From the NCBI GenBank assembly GCA_020440705.1, contig JAGRNP010000006.1, positions 1,404 to 65,403 on the forward strand: a stretch of 64,000 nucleotides of DNA. The letters are read 5' to 3'. Origin of the DNA: a bacterium (lineage in GTDB: Bacteria > Krumholzibacteriota > Krumholzibacteriia > LZORAL124-64-63). Shown one piece after another: positions 54,871-64,000 of this stretch; the first letter of the stretch is position 1; every line of letters begins with the position of its first letter. The translations under genes and the position numbers were made by a program. The notes beneath the pieces were generated by a model. The model was given only the letters and a program-made list of their open reading frames with translations, did no database searches and was not told the DNA's origin.

Positions 54871-56286
54871 ATGCCGCACTCCCCGCGCCCCCGCAGCCCC
54901 CTGTCCGCCCTGCGGCGCCGGAACCGGGCCACGGTCGTGCTGGCCGCGCTCCTGGCCTGTGCGGTCCCGCTCGCCGGCTGCGAGCGCACGCCGCCGCGGC
55001 CGAACATCCTGCTCGTTTCCCTCGACACGACCCGGGCCGACCACCTGTCGGCATACGGCTACGGGCAGCCGACCTCGCCCTTCCTGGCGGAGCTGGCCGC
55101 CGAGGGGGCGCTCTTCCGGCGCGCCTACGCCAGTGCTCCGGCCACGGCGCCGTCCCATGCCACCATGTTCACCGCGCTGTCGCCCCTCAGCCACCGCGTC
55201 GTGCGCAACGCCGTCACCCTGGGCGAACAGCACGTGACCCTGGCCGAGCGGCTGGCCGGTGCCGGCTACGAGACCGCGGCGGTCGTCAGCTCGTTCGTGC
55301 TCAACGCCCGCTTCGGCCTGGCACAGGGGTTCGCCAGCTACGACGACGAGTTCGACCGCGAGGGGGCGTCCGTGTCGTGGCGCCGCTGGGAAGGACTCGA
55401 GCTGACCGGTGCCTTCGACCGCCGCGCCGACGTGACCACCGACCGGGCCCTCGCCTGGCTCGCCGCCGGGCGGCGCGATGCCCCGTTCTTCCTCTTCGTC
55501 CACTACTTCGACCCCCACGACCCCTACGAGCCGCCGCCGTCGTACCGGGGACGCTTCGCGGGGCCGGCCGACGTGGCCGATGCCGACCGGCGGCGGCAGG
55601 TCGCGCTCTACGACGGGGAGATCGCCTTCGTCGACGACCAGCTGCGCCGCCTGTGCGCCGGTCTCGCCGCGATGGGCCTCGCCGACGACACCCTCGTCAT
55701 CGTGGTCGGCGACCACGGTGAGGGTCTGTGGCAGCGCGGCTACCAGTTCCACGGCGCCCAGATCACCGAGGAGGCGGTGCGCGTGCCGTGGATCGTGCGC
55801 TGGCCCGCGGGGATCCGGCCGGGCCGTGAGACGGGCCTGCCGGTGACCATGGCCGACCTGCTGCCGACGGTGTGCGAACTGGTGGGCGTGTCCGCCGGCG
55901 ATGGTGCCGTGCATGGTCGGAGCCTGGCGTCCTTCCTGCGCGAGGGCGAGGCGCCTCCCGATCGACCCGTGTTCCTGTACCGCATCCCGTACGAGCCCCA
56001 CGAGGAGTACGGCGTGTGGGTCGACGGCGAGAAGCACGCCGTGCGCTACGGACGCTGGAAGTACCTCGCGTCGGCGACCGAGCACACCACCGAGCTCTAC
56101 GACCTGAACGCCGATCCCGGCGAGACGCGCGACCTCGGCGCCGTGGAGACCGGCGTGGCGGCCGACATGGCGGGGCTGCTCGACGACTGGCTCGAAGCCG
56201 TGACCCGGCCCGACTCGCTGACCATCCGGCCCGAACTCTCGGACACCGATCGGGAGAAGCTGCGCTCCCTGGGCTACGTGCGATGA
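54871..56286 (+). CDS. Sulfatase-like hydrolase/transferase (alkaline phosphatase superfamily), lipoprotein
   Basis: Lipobox LAGC, SLDTTRAD, TAPSH at the nucleophile position, HYFDPH and GDHGE. Confidence 0.85.
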   Translation: MPHSPRPRSPLSALRRRNRATVVLAALLACAVPLAGCERTPPRPNILLVSLDTTRADHLSAYGYGQPTSPFLAELAAEGALFRRAYASAPATAPSHATMFTALSPLSHRVVRNAVTLGEQHVTLAERLAGAGYETAAVVSSFVLNARFGLAQGFASYDDEFDREGASVSWRRWEGLELTGAFDRRADVTTDRALAWLAAGRRDAPFFLFVHYFDPHDPYEPPPSYRGRFAGPADVADADRRRQVALYDGEIAFVDDQLRRLCAGLAAMGLADDTLVIVVGDHGEGLWQRGYQFHGAQITEEAVRVPWIVRWPAGIRPGRETGLPVTMADLLPTVCELVGVSAGDGAVHGRSLASFLREGEAPPDRPVFLYRIPYEPHEEYGVWVDGEKHAVRYGRWKYLASATEHTTELYDLNADPGETRDLGAVETGVAADMAGLLDDWLEAVTRPDSLTIRPELSDTDREKLRSLGYVR

Positions 56287-57866
56287 GGGCGCACCTGCCG
56301 GGCGGCATCCGGCCCGCCGCGGCCCTGTTCCTCGTCTGCGCCCTCGCGGGATGCGCCGCGCGCGACGACGCCACGGTCCCGGACCGGCCGCTCTTCCGCA
56401 CCGTCGAGGCGTCCGGCCTGCCCGCGGTGGGCATCAGTTTCGGCGCCACCTGGGCCGACGTCGACGGCGACACGCGCGCCGACCTCGTGCTCGGACGCCA
56501 CGGCGGCGGCGTCTCGGTGCGCCTGGCCCGTCCGGGGCTGCGCTTCGCGGCGGTCGACAGCTGCGCCCTGTTCCCCTGCCGCGCGTTCGACATGCACGGT
56601 CTGGCCGCCTGCGACTACGACCGCGACGGCATCTGGGAGTTCTACGTGGCGGTGGGCGCGGACCGGGGCACCGGCCAGGGGCCCAACGAACTCTGGGACC
56701 GGGCGGGCGACGGCCCCTACCGCAACGTCCTGTCCTCCGACGACCTGCCGGCGGTGCCGCGCGGCCGGGGCCGCGGCGCCATCTGGCTCCCTCTCGACGA
56801 CGACCCCTGGCCCGAACTCCTGGTTCTCGACTACAACTCGCCGTCGCGGCTCTTCCGCTGGGACGGCCGGGCGTGGTCCGACTGGAGCGACCGCGTGGCG
56901 ACCTACCTGCGGGGCCGGCCGAGAAACGTCGACCCGCAGGGCGCCCTCGGCCGCTGGAACACCGTGGCCACCGTGGCCGATTTCGACGGCGACGGCCGCC
57001 TCGACCTCTTCCTCGCGGGCGACGGCCAGACCCTCTTCCTCGCGGGCCCCGGCGGCACCCTCACCGACGTGACGGTCGCCGCGGGCCTGCCCACCGGCGG
57101 CGCGAAGCTGGTGGCCGCGCCCGCCGGCGACGTCGATGGCGACGGCGATCCCGACCTGCTGTACGTGCCGCGTCTCGCCGCCGGCCTCGTCCTCTGGCGG
57201 AACGTGAGCACCCCCGGCGCGCCCCGCTTCGCACCCGGGCCGCCCCTCGACGCCCTGTCGCTCGCGCCCGAACGGGATGCGGCGGTCCTGGCCGACCTGG
57301 ACAACGACGGCCGCCTCGACCTCTACGTCATGCAGCAGGCGTCCGAGACGCAGAACGCCCCCGATCTGCTGGCCCGGGGCGACGGCGCCGGCCGCTTCGA
57401 CGACATGACCTCGGTGTGGGGGAGTCCGGCCGTGGCGGCCCTGCCCCGGGGCGTGTGGCCCATCGACCCGGACCGCGACGGCGACCTTGACCTCGTCCTC
57501 GTGCACGGCAAGGGGGATTTTCCGCAGCGCGCCGGCCTTGTCGTGCTGCGCGCCAACGAGGCGCCGGGCGCCGGGGTGACGCTCGCGTTCGACGGCAGCG
57601 GCGGCCCGGCCCACGGCATGGGTGCCCGGGTCGAGCTGCGCGGCCGGCACGGCACGTGGCGGCGCCAGGTCCGGCCGGTGATGGTGCACTGGAACGCGAC
57701 GGTGCCGCCGCTGCACTTCGGTGTGGGCGAGGACGAGGGTCCGTTCGAGCTCGTGGTGACGTGGCCCGACGGGGCGGTGCGGCAGTTCGAACTGCCGTCC
57801 GCCCGCGCCGCCTACCTGGTCTCGGCCGCGACCGGTTCGGCCCTGCAGTTGCCTGCGACCGACTGA
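56283..57866 (+). CDS. FG-GAP repeat / ASPIC-UnbV (CRTAC1 family) lipoprotein
   Basis: ATGA overlap with the sulfatase-like stop. Lipobox LAGC, DxDGDG repeats, C-terminal GARVEL...LHFGVG...VTWPDG. Confidence 0.82.
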   Translation: MRAHLPGGIRPAAALFLVCALAGCAARDDATVPDRPLFRTVEASGLPAVGISFGATWADVDGDTRADLVLGRHGGGVSVRLARPGLRFAAVDSCALFPCRAFDMHGLAACDYDRDGIWEFYVAVGADRGTGQGPNELWDRAGDGPYRNVLSSDDLPAVPRGRGRGAIWLPLDDDPWPELLVLDYNSPSRLFRWDGRAWSDWSDRVATYLRGRPRNVDPQGALGRWNTVATVADFDGDGRLDLFLAGDGQTLFLAGPGGTLTDVTVAAGLPTGGAKLVAAPAGDVDGDGDPDLLYVPRLAAGLVLWRNVSTPGAPRFAPGPPLDALSLAPERDAAVLADLDNDGRLDLYVMQQASETQNAPDLLARGDGAGRFDDMTSVWGSPAVAALPRGVWPIDPDRDGDLDLVLVHGKGDFPQRAGLVVLRANEAPGAGVTLAFDGSGGPAHGMGARVELRGRHGTWRRQVRPVMVHWNATVPPLHFGVGEDEGPFELVVTWPDGAVRQFELPSARAAYLVSAATGSALQLPATD

Positions 57867-59062
57867 GCCGCCCCGGCCGCCGGCAACCCGAGGGTGAAGC
57901 GGGCGCCGCCCCCGGCAGGGCTCTCGGCCTCGAGGGTGCCGCCGTGGGCGGTGACGATCTCCCGGCAGATGGCCAGACCCAGTCCCGTGCCCAGCTCGGC
58001 GGGCTTCGTGGTGAAGAAGGGATCCCAGATCGACTGGAGGGTCCCGTCGGGAATGCCGGGCCCGTCGTCGGCCACGGTGATGGCGACCCCGTCGCCGTCC
58101 GGTCGCGTGGTCACGGTGATGACCCCGCGACCGTCCATGGCCTGGGCCGCGTTGTTGATCAGGTTCACGAAGACCTGCACGATCTGCTGGGGCTGCACCT
58201 GGACCTCGCGCCCTGCGAGTCCGAAATCCCGGCGCACCTCGATGCCGTACTTCAGCACGTTCTGGCACAGCAGCAGGGCGTGCTCCACGAGGTCCTCCGG
58301 GTCTGCGAGGCTCTTCTCGCCGGGATTCTTGCGCGAGAAGCTCTTCAGCCCGTCGCTGATGGCCACGATGCGGTCCACGCCGGAGCTGATGTCGGCGAGC
58401 ATGGCCGGGATCTCGTCGGTCAGGTAGGCGAGGTCCTCGCCGTCGCCGAAACCGCGCGCGCGGCAGTCGGCGAGACAGGCCCGCACGTCCGGCCACCACG
58501 ACTGCAGGGTCTGGAGGTTGCCGGCGACGAAGGACAGGGGGCTCTTGATCTCGTGGGCCAGTCCCGCGCTCATGGTGCCGAGGGTGGCCAGGCGGTCCTG
58601 GTGCAGCAGCTGGCGGGCGCGGGCCTCGGCCAGCCGCTCCATCTCGACGGCGTACCGGTCCAGCGCGATGCGCGCCCGCTTCTTCTCCACGGCGTAGCGC
58701 AGGGTGCGGGTCAGGAGCGAACCCTGCCGCACCTCCTGCTTCACCAGGTAGTCGTCGGCGCCGAGGTGCATGGCGGCCATGGCCAGGCTCTCGTCGTCGC
58801 AGCCGGTGAAGACCACGAGCGGCACCTCGCGGTCCACCTCGCGGACCCGCGTCACGGTTTCCACGCCGGTCGACTCGGGCAGGGTCAGATCGAGGATCAC
58901 GACGTCGACGGCCTGATCGCGCAGGTGGGCGGTGGCCGCGGTCAGGTTGTCGCAGGCGTGCAGGCTGAAGGCGGCATGGGGATCGTCCCGGAGCATGGCC
59001 GAGACGACCTGGCGGGCGGTGGCGCTGTCCTCGATCAGCAGGACCCGGATCTTGGTGTCCAT
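57812..59062 (-). CDS. REC-HisKA-HATPase hybrid (receiver-fused histidine kinase)
   Basis: LLIEDS...ILDLTLP...YLVK, H-box AHEIKSPL, NLINNA, DDGPG, FFTTK and GTGLGL. Confidence 0.92.
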   Translation of the reverse strand: MDTKIRVLLIEDSATARQVVSAMLRDDPHAAFSLHACDNLTAATAHLRDQAVDVVILDLTLPESTGVETVTRVREVDREVPLVVFTGCDDESLAMAAMHLGADDYLVKQEVRQGSLLTRTLRYAVEKKRARIALDRYAVEMERLAEARARQLLHQDRLATLGTMSAGLAHEIKSPLSFVAGNLQTLQSWWPDVRACLADCRARGFGDGEDLAYLTDEIPAMLADISSGVDRIVAISDGLKSFSRKNPGEKSLADPEDLVEHALLLCQNVLKYGIEVRRDFGLAGREVQVQPQQIVQVFVNLINNAAQAMDGRGVITVTTRPDGDGVAITVADDGPGIPDGTLQSIWDPFFTTKPAELGTGLGLAICREIVTAHGGTLEAESPAGGGARFTLGLPAAGAAQSVAGNCRAEPVAAETR

Positions 59063-59214
59063 GCCTGGCAACTCCCGTAGAGGCGATGGGAACGGGTGCG
59101 AACCCGTCCCCGGGTATCGGCACATGGGAAGTTCCGTTAAAGGGATACTTATTGTCAAAATCGTGCCGCAGGACAAGATGGTTCGATTCGGCCGGCCAAT
59201 GGGGTAGAATGGCT

Positions 59215-59244
59215 CGGAACCGGAACCGGAACTGGAACCGGACC
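59215..59244 (+). repeat. Five tandem hexamers (CGGAAC-like) in the 5' leader of the 59258 gene
   Basis: cggaac cggaac cggaac tggaac cggacc, between TAGAAT (59205-59210) and the AAGGGGGA SD. Confidence 0.8.
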
Positions 59245-59257
59245 AAGGGGGAACATC

Positions 59258-61999
59258 ATGCGCAGATCTCTGCTTGTCTTCGTGGCGGTCGTGTTGGCGG
59301 CAGCCACCGCCCGTGCGGACATCGGCGACCCGGACCGTCTGGCCGCCTACACCGACGCCGCCTGGACGCGTGCGGTCACCACCAACGCCACAGCACCTGA
59401 CACCGTCACCATCCATTTCGTGCTCGAGGGACCCAGCCGCGGCGGCGACATCGCGAGCCTGCGCCAGACCTTCGCCTTCGGATCGCTGAAGCTGCTCGCC
59501 GTGTCGCGCGGCCACGTGGAACAGCCCTACCCGTTCGTCGACTACCACGAAATGATCATCGAGGGTGAGGATGCGATCCCCATCGTCGACCGCACGGAGG
59601 TCTTCACCATGACCTTCGAAGTGCCCGACACGGGCGCTCACGTGCTGTCCGGCTCCGGGGCCGACTGCACGATAGTGGGCGAAACCGACACCTACACCCT
59701 CCATTGGCCCTACCAGACGTCGGCCGTGGCCTGGATCAACCCGCCGCCGCCGCAACTGCACTTCACGGTGACTTCGTACTTCGCCGGCGAGATCCTCGTC
59801 GGGGTCGAGTCCCAGAATAACCTCTCGCTCGTCAACACCGGCGGGCCTTCGTTCGCCGCGCCCGCTTTCGTTTCGTCGAGCGGGGCCTTCCGCATCGACG
59901 ACCTGGACGACCTGGCCATGATCAGCCCGGGCAGGAACCGCGCGATCCGGATCCGTTTCACGCCGCCCACCGTGGGTCTGCACGAGGCATCCCTCGACGT
60001 GGGCGACGCCTCGCTCGCGATGGCCGGCCTGGGGCGCGGCGCCGAGTATCTCCTGTCCCGACCCGACACGCTGATGCTGCCGCCGGGTCTCGTGGGCCAG
60101 ATCCGCACCGCCGCGCTCCCGGTGTTCAACGAGGGGCGTGATCCGGTGCCCCTCGTCACGTCCCCGCTGACGTGCGGCGATTTCACGGTGACTCCGATCG
60201 ACGCCCCGGCGTCGCTCATGCCGGGGCAGTGGGCCTCGTTCTCCGTCCGCTATACGGTCCGCGACTCGGTCACGAACTTCTGCGCCTTCGACGTGGCGGC
60301 GCCGCCCGCCGCCGGGGCCGGCACCTTCGTCGCCGTCGGGTCCGCGCGCGAACCGAACTTCCTGGTCACCGTGTCGACGGACACCCTTGATTTCGACCCG
60401 GCGGAGGTCGGCTCGACGTCGTCGGCGTCGGTGACGGTGCGGAATTCCGGCGACTTCCCCGCCCGGATCGTGCCGGTCATCGCGCCGGCGGGCGAGCCTT
60501 TCCAGTACCTGGGGGCGCCGGAGTTCGACCTGGCCCCCGGCCAGGGCGTCACCCTCCACCTGCGCTGCGGCGGCACCACCCCCGGCGAGTTCGCGGCGGT
60601 GCTCGAACTGGGCGAGGACTGCCCCGCCGTGGTCCTGCGCGGCTCCGTCGTGGAGCGCCTCTACGCCCTGGAGGTCGACCCGCCCGTCCTCGAGTTCACC
60701 GATACGACGCCCGGCACCGAGTCCACCCGGACCTTTACGATGCGCAACACCGGTGCAGCGCCCCTGACCCTGGAGATGCGCTGTCCGGACCCGCAGGTCA
60801 GCGTCCCGACCGGGAGTGAGCCCATCGCCCCCGGCGAGGTGCTCGCGGTGACGGTCGGGTTCGTGCCCGCCGAGTACGGCTACTACGAGTTCACGTCACG
60901 CCTCGTGCACGAGCTCGACGTGATGCTCCCCGGCCGCGTCTGGCCCCGATTCGATTTCGGTCCGGACGAGAACCGGGTCGCCCTGCACTTCGATCCCGAC
61001 TTCGCCACCGACGAGATCACCATCGAGCCGGTGCCGCAGGTCGTGCCCGCCCACCTCGTCCTGCACGCGCCGTCCGACGCCCTGGGCGTGCTCGGCTGGG
61101 AGTGCCGGCTGGGCCTGCCCGCCGGCGTGACCCTCGCCGGCTGGGACACCTACGGCGACGTCATCAACGCCAGCGACCCGCCCGAGTTCACCGTGGGCCT
61201 CGCCTCCCCGCTGCCCCAGGCGGCGAACGTGCCCCTGGCCACGTTCTACCTGCTGGCCTGGGACGTCGCACGCGATGAGCTGCCCCTGTCCCTGCTGCCG
61301 AAGTCGGTGCCGTCCCTGATCGGCCTGATGGCCTGGGCGCCGGGTTCGGACGTGGAGAACCTGACCGCCATGCTGCCGGCGAGCGGCGACTCGGTCGTGG
61401 CGCGCATCCGCGTGCGCAACGCCGTGGCGATCGCGTTGCCCACGCCCCGCGTGGAGGCCGGTCCGGACGGGGTGAGGCTGACCTGGCCCAATGGGGCCGG
61501 ACCCGACGGCGGCTACCACGTGTGGCGCCGCGTCGGCGACGGCCCCGCCCGGCGCCTGACCGCGACGGTGCTCACGGCCGATGGCCCCGAGATCGTGTGG
61601 TTCGACGCGACCCCCGGCCGCCGGCCCGACGCCCTGACGACCTACGCCTATGCCCTGGTGGTGGCCGGTCGCGAACTGGGGCGCAGCCCCGAGGCCGGCC
61701 TCGACGCCGGAGATCTGCCCCAGGTCACGCGCCTGCTGCCCAATGTGCCGAATCCATTCAACCCGAGCACCGCGATCCGTTTCGAGGTGGCGCGCATGGG
61801 GCCGGTGGAGGTGGCCGTGTACGACCTGGCGGGACGGCGCGTGCGCACCCTCGTCGCGGCCGAGATGGCGCCCGGGGCCTACGCGCCTCTGTGGGATGGC
61901 CGCGACGACGGGGCCCGCCCGGTGCCGAGCGGCGCCTACATGGTGCGGCTGATGACGCCCGACGGAGTGGACCGGCGCAAGGTGACGCTGCTGAAGTAG
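59258..61999 (+). CDS. Secreted multi-Ig protein (ASH/HYDIN-like repeats) with FlgD-Ig/T9SS-like tail
   Basis: Signal peptide, repeated F...VG......V/L.N.G segments (VTVRNSG, FTMRNTG, LVNTGG), VPNPFNP...RKVTLLK. Confidence 0.82.
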   Translation: MRRSLLVFVAVVLAAATARADIGDPDRLAAYTDAAWTRAVTTNATAPDTVTIHFVLEGPSRGGDIASLRQTFAFGSLKLLAVSRGHVEQPYPFVDYHEMIIEGEDAIPIVDRTEVFTMTFEVPDTGAHVLSGSGADCTIVGETDTYTLHWPYQTSAVAWINPPPPQLHFTVTSYFAGEILVGVESQNNLSLVNTGGPSFAAPAFVSSSGAFRIDDLDDLAMISPGRNRAIRIRFTPPTVGLHEASLDVGDASLAMAGLGRGAEYLLSRPDTLMLPPGLVGQIRTAALPVFNEGRDPVPLVTSPLTCGDFTVTPIDAPASLMPGQWASFSVRYTVRDSVTNFCAFDVAAPPAAGAGTFVAVGSAREPNFLVTVSTDTLDFDPAEVGSTSSASVTVRNSGDFPARIVPVIAPAGEPFQYLGAPEFDLAPGQGVTLHLRCGGTTPGEFAAVLELGEDCPAVVLRGSVVERLYALEVDPPVLEFTDTTPGTESTRTFTMRNTGAAPLTLEMRCPDPQVSVPTGSEPIAPGEVLAVTVGFVPAEYGYYEFTSRLVHELDVMLPGRVWPRFDFGPDENRVALHFDPDFATDEITIEPVPQVVPAHLVLHAPSDALGVLGWECRLGLPAGVTLAGWDTYGDVINASDPPEFTVGLASPLPQAANVPLATFYLLAWDVARDELPLSLLPKSVPSLIGLMAWAPGSDVENLTAMLPASGDSVVARIRVRNAVAIALPTPRVEAGPDGVRLTWPNGAGPDGGYHVWRRVGDGPARRLTATVLTADGPEIVWFDATPGRRPDALTTYAYALVVAGRELGRSPEAGLDAGDLPQVTRLLPNVPNPFNPSTAIRFEVARMGPVEVAVYDLAGRRVRTLVAAEMAPGAYAPLWDGRDDGARPVPSGAYMVRLMTPDGVDRRKVTLLK

Positions 62000-62080
62000 G
62001 GGGGAGGGCCCGGACGCCGGGATCGGGTCCGAGGACCCGACCCCGAGAGACGTGATTCGGCGTCCGGCTTCGACCGGGTG

Positions 62081-62533
62081 CTACGGCGTGACGAAACTGC
62101 CGCAGATCTCGGTGAAGTTCGTGTCATGCTGGAAATCCCGCGACACGTCGCCGCCGACGGGGCCGAGGTCGATGCGCCAGGAATGATCCGTCGGCGGCGA
62201 GTCGCAGGATCCGCTGCCGTCGTGATCGGCATAGAAGTCGATGCAGTAGGACACGTTCTTCTCCAGCAGACCATTCCAGGTGAAGGCGAAGTTGCCGTCG
62301 ACGGGCACGACGATCTCGCCGTGCACGGCGACCGCATCCGTGTCGTCGCGGACCACCATCACATGCAGGAGCTGGCTGGCGTGCGGCAGCACTGTTCCGG
62401 TGAGTACCAGGTCGTAGGGGCCGTCGTCGGCCGCCGGGGTCGTCGGATCGTCATCGTCACAGGCGGTCACGGTCAGCAGGAGGATGAACGGCACCCAGCA
62501 GAAGATTCTGGAATTGCGCAGGCGATTCGGCAT
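62081..62533 (-). CDS. Small lipoprotein, hypothetical
   Basis: Lipobox VTAC followed by DDDDPTTP. CIDFYAD...CD. Confidence 0.72.
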   Translation of the reverse strand: MPNRLRNSRIFCWVPFILLLTVTACDDDDPTTPAADDGPYDLVLTGTVLPHASQLLHVMVVRDDTDAVAVHGEIVVPVDGNFAFTWNGLLEKNVSYCIDFYADHDGSGSCDSPPTDHSWRIDLGPVGGDVSRDFQHDTNFTEICGSFVTP

Positions 62534-62650
62534 GGCGGTTCTCCCGGTTTGCGGTCGTGGGGCGAAGGGGACCACCGGGAATCTAGATGAGAATGAGATT
62601 TGATATCAGTGACTTTGTCACCCAACTGCCAGATCGCCGCGCCCGGCCGC

Positions 62651-63583
62651 CTACCCCAGCCGCAGCACCTTCCGCGCCATCACCTTGCCGCGATACGCCA
62701 GGCTGCTGCGCCAGCGGATCAGCTTCTGCAGCCGGGGCAGGGCCTCGCGGGTGGCGGCGTAGCCCCGGGCCCGGCACGCCTCGCCGGCGCCGAAGTCGGC
62801 CCAGTGGAATTCCGTCACGGCGGGCCGGATCACGAAGTCGGCCTGGGCGCAGACGAAGGCGTTCAGCCTCTGGCGGGCGATGGTGTTGCTGCGCAGGATC
62901 ATGTCCAGCCCGGTGGCGAAGTGGGTCTCCTCGAAGGCGGGGATGTCCACGGCGATGACGAGGTTCGCACCCATGTCCTGGCAGGCCTCGACGGGCACCC
63001 GGTAGGGGCCGCCCCCGTCGCACACCATGCGGCCGTCCTTCTCGATGGGCGGGAACACGGCGGGAATGGCGCTGCTGGCGTAGATCCCGTCCACGAGCGG
63101 GCCGTCGCTGTAGATCACGCCCTCGCCGGAGATCAGGTCCAGGGCCATGGCCGCGAAGGGGATCTGCAGGTCGGAGAACCGGATGGGCCCGAAGAGTTCG
63201 GTCAGCGGCCCGCGCAGCTTGCTCTCCGGCTGCATGGACGGCCGGGTGACCGTCTTGACCGCGATCAGCTTGCGCTGCATGTAGTCGAAGATGCCGGCCA
63301 GGCGGCTCTGGGGATCGCGCGCCTCGTTCTCGTCGCGCGGCACGAAGGGCGCCCAGTACGAGGCGAACTCCTCGTTGCCCACGTAGGCGCCCAGGCGCTC
63401 CCAGACCCGCGCCGGATCCGGGTCGTGGGCGTACAGGCCGCCCACGATGGAGCCCATGCTGGTGCCGGCGACCACGTCGGCGCGGATGCCCGCCTCCTCG
63501 AGGGCCTCGAGCACTCCGGCGTGGGCGAGGCCGCGGGCGCCGCCGCTGCCGAGCGCCAGCCCGATCTTCATGCCACTGGACAT
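62651..63583 (-). CDS. Patatin-like phospholipase (NTE family)
   Basis: GSGGARG, GTSMG (GxSxG) and DGG motifs. Confidence 0.93.
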   Translation of the reverse strand: MSSGMKIGLALGSGGARGLAHAGVLEALEEAGIRADVVAGTSMGSIVGGLYAHDPDPARVWERLGAYVGNEEFASYWAPFVPRDENEARDPQSRLAGIFDYMQRKLIAVKTVTRPSMQPESKLRGPLTELFGPIRFSDLQIPFAAMALDLISGEGVIYSDGPLVDGIYASSAIPAVFPPIEKDGRMVCDGGGPYRVPVEACQDMGANLVIAVDIPAFEETHFATGLDMILRSNTIARQRLNAFVCAQADFVIRPAVTEFHWADFGAGEACRARGYAATREALPRLQKLIRWRSSLAYRGKVMARKVLRLG

Positions 63584-63716
63584 CGGATCCCACCTTGTGT
63601 AGCGTTTCCGCGATCAAAACGGGTCCAGCATAACAAACGTGCCGCGGCCCACCAAACGAGACTTTGCAACCCGTGCGGCCGCCGCCCGCCGCCCGCCGCC
63701 TGGAGATGTCCGGACC

Positions 63717-64000
63717 ATGCCCGACGCCCACGATTCCCCGGCCACGTCGCCCTTCGTCATGGAGCGCCTCCTGCGCGACGCCTACCGGCGCGAGAAGCGC
63801 GAGGAATGGGCCAATGCCGACGACGGTGTGCCGGCCGGCGCCGCCGTCCCGGCCGACGATCCCGTCGAGACGGCCCAGGAGCTCGCCTACCAGGCCTACG
63901 AGAGCGACGACGCGGACGCGGCCCGGGCGCTGGTGGAGCGGGCCCTCGGCCACGATCCCGCCTGCGTCGACGCGCTGACGATCCGGGCCTTCCTGGAGAG
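63717..64000 (+). CDS. Hypothetical TPR-like protein, truncated by the window end
   Basis: ATG after GGAG. AQELAYQAYE...ALVERALGHDPACVDA resembles a TPR. The frame is open to the window end. Confidence 0.6.
   Translation, partial: MPDAHDSPATSPFVMERLLRDAYRREKREEWANADDGVPAGAAVPADDPVETAQELAYQAYESDDADAARALVERALGHDPACVDALTIRAFLE

Overview
A very GC-rich bacterial chromosome segment. Five secreted proteins end in FlgD-Ig/T9SS-like PNPFNP...K/R domains and one ends in a ...GGVKALYR tail, which suggests an FCB-associated lineage such as Krumholzibacteriota/Latescibacterota (inference only). The first ~37.7 kb is mostly core or semi-core genes: a two-gene cytochrome bd-superfamily (CydA-like) oxidoreductase with eight CxxCH motifs; yicC-gmk, then two intervening genes (hybrid kinase, alpha-amylase), then rpoZ-coaBC (frameshifted)-udg-sigma54 activator; a DASS transporter; a methyltransferase; dnaB preceded by a helically phased DnaA-box array; mlaEFD; a ferritin-like protein; an AsmA-like protein with internal tandem repeats; an S9 peptidase; and leuS. 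After leuS, about 25 kb is dominated by secreted or surface proteins. Three of these share a ~140-aa domain that may be cohesin-like, and one of the three also carries a dockerin-like repeat pair. I saw no tRNA, rRNA, CRISPR array, integrase or transposase. Most very long ORFs in the supplied track are antisense or off-frame shadows caused by high GC. All product calls come from motif recognition by eye; no database searches were run.
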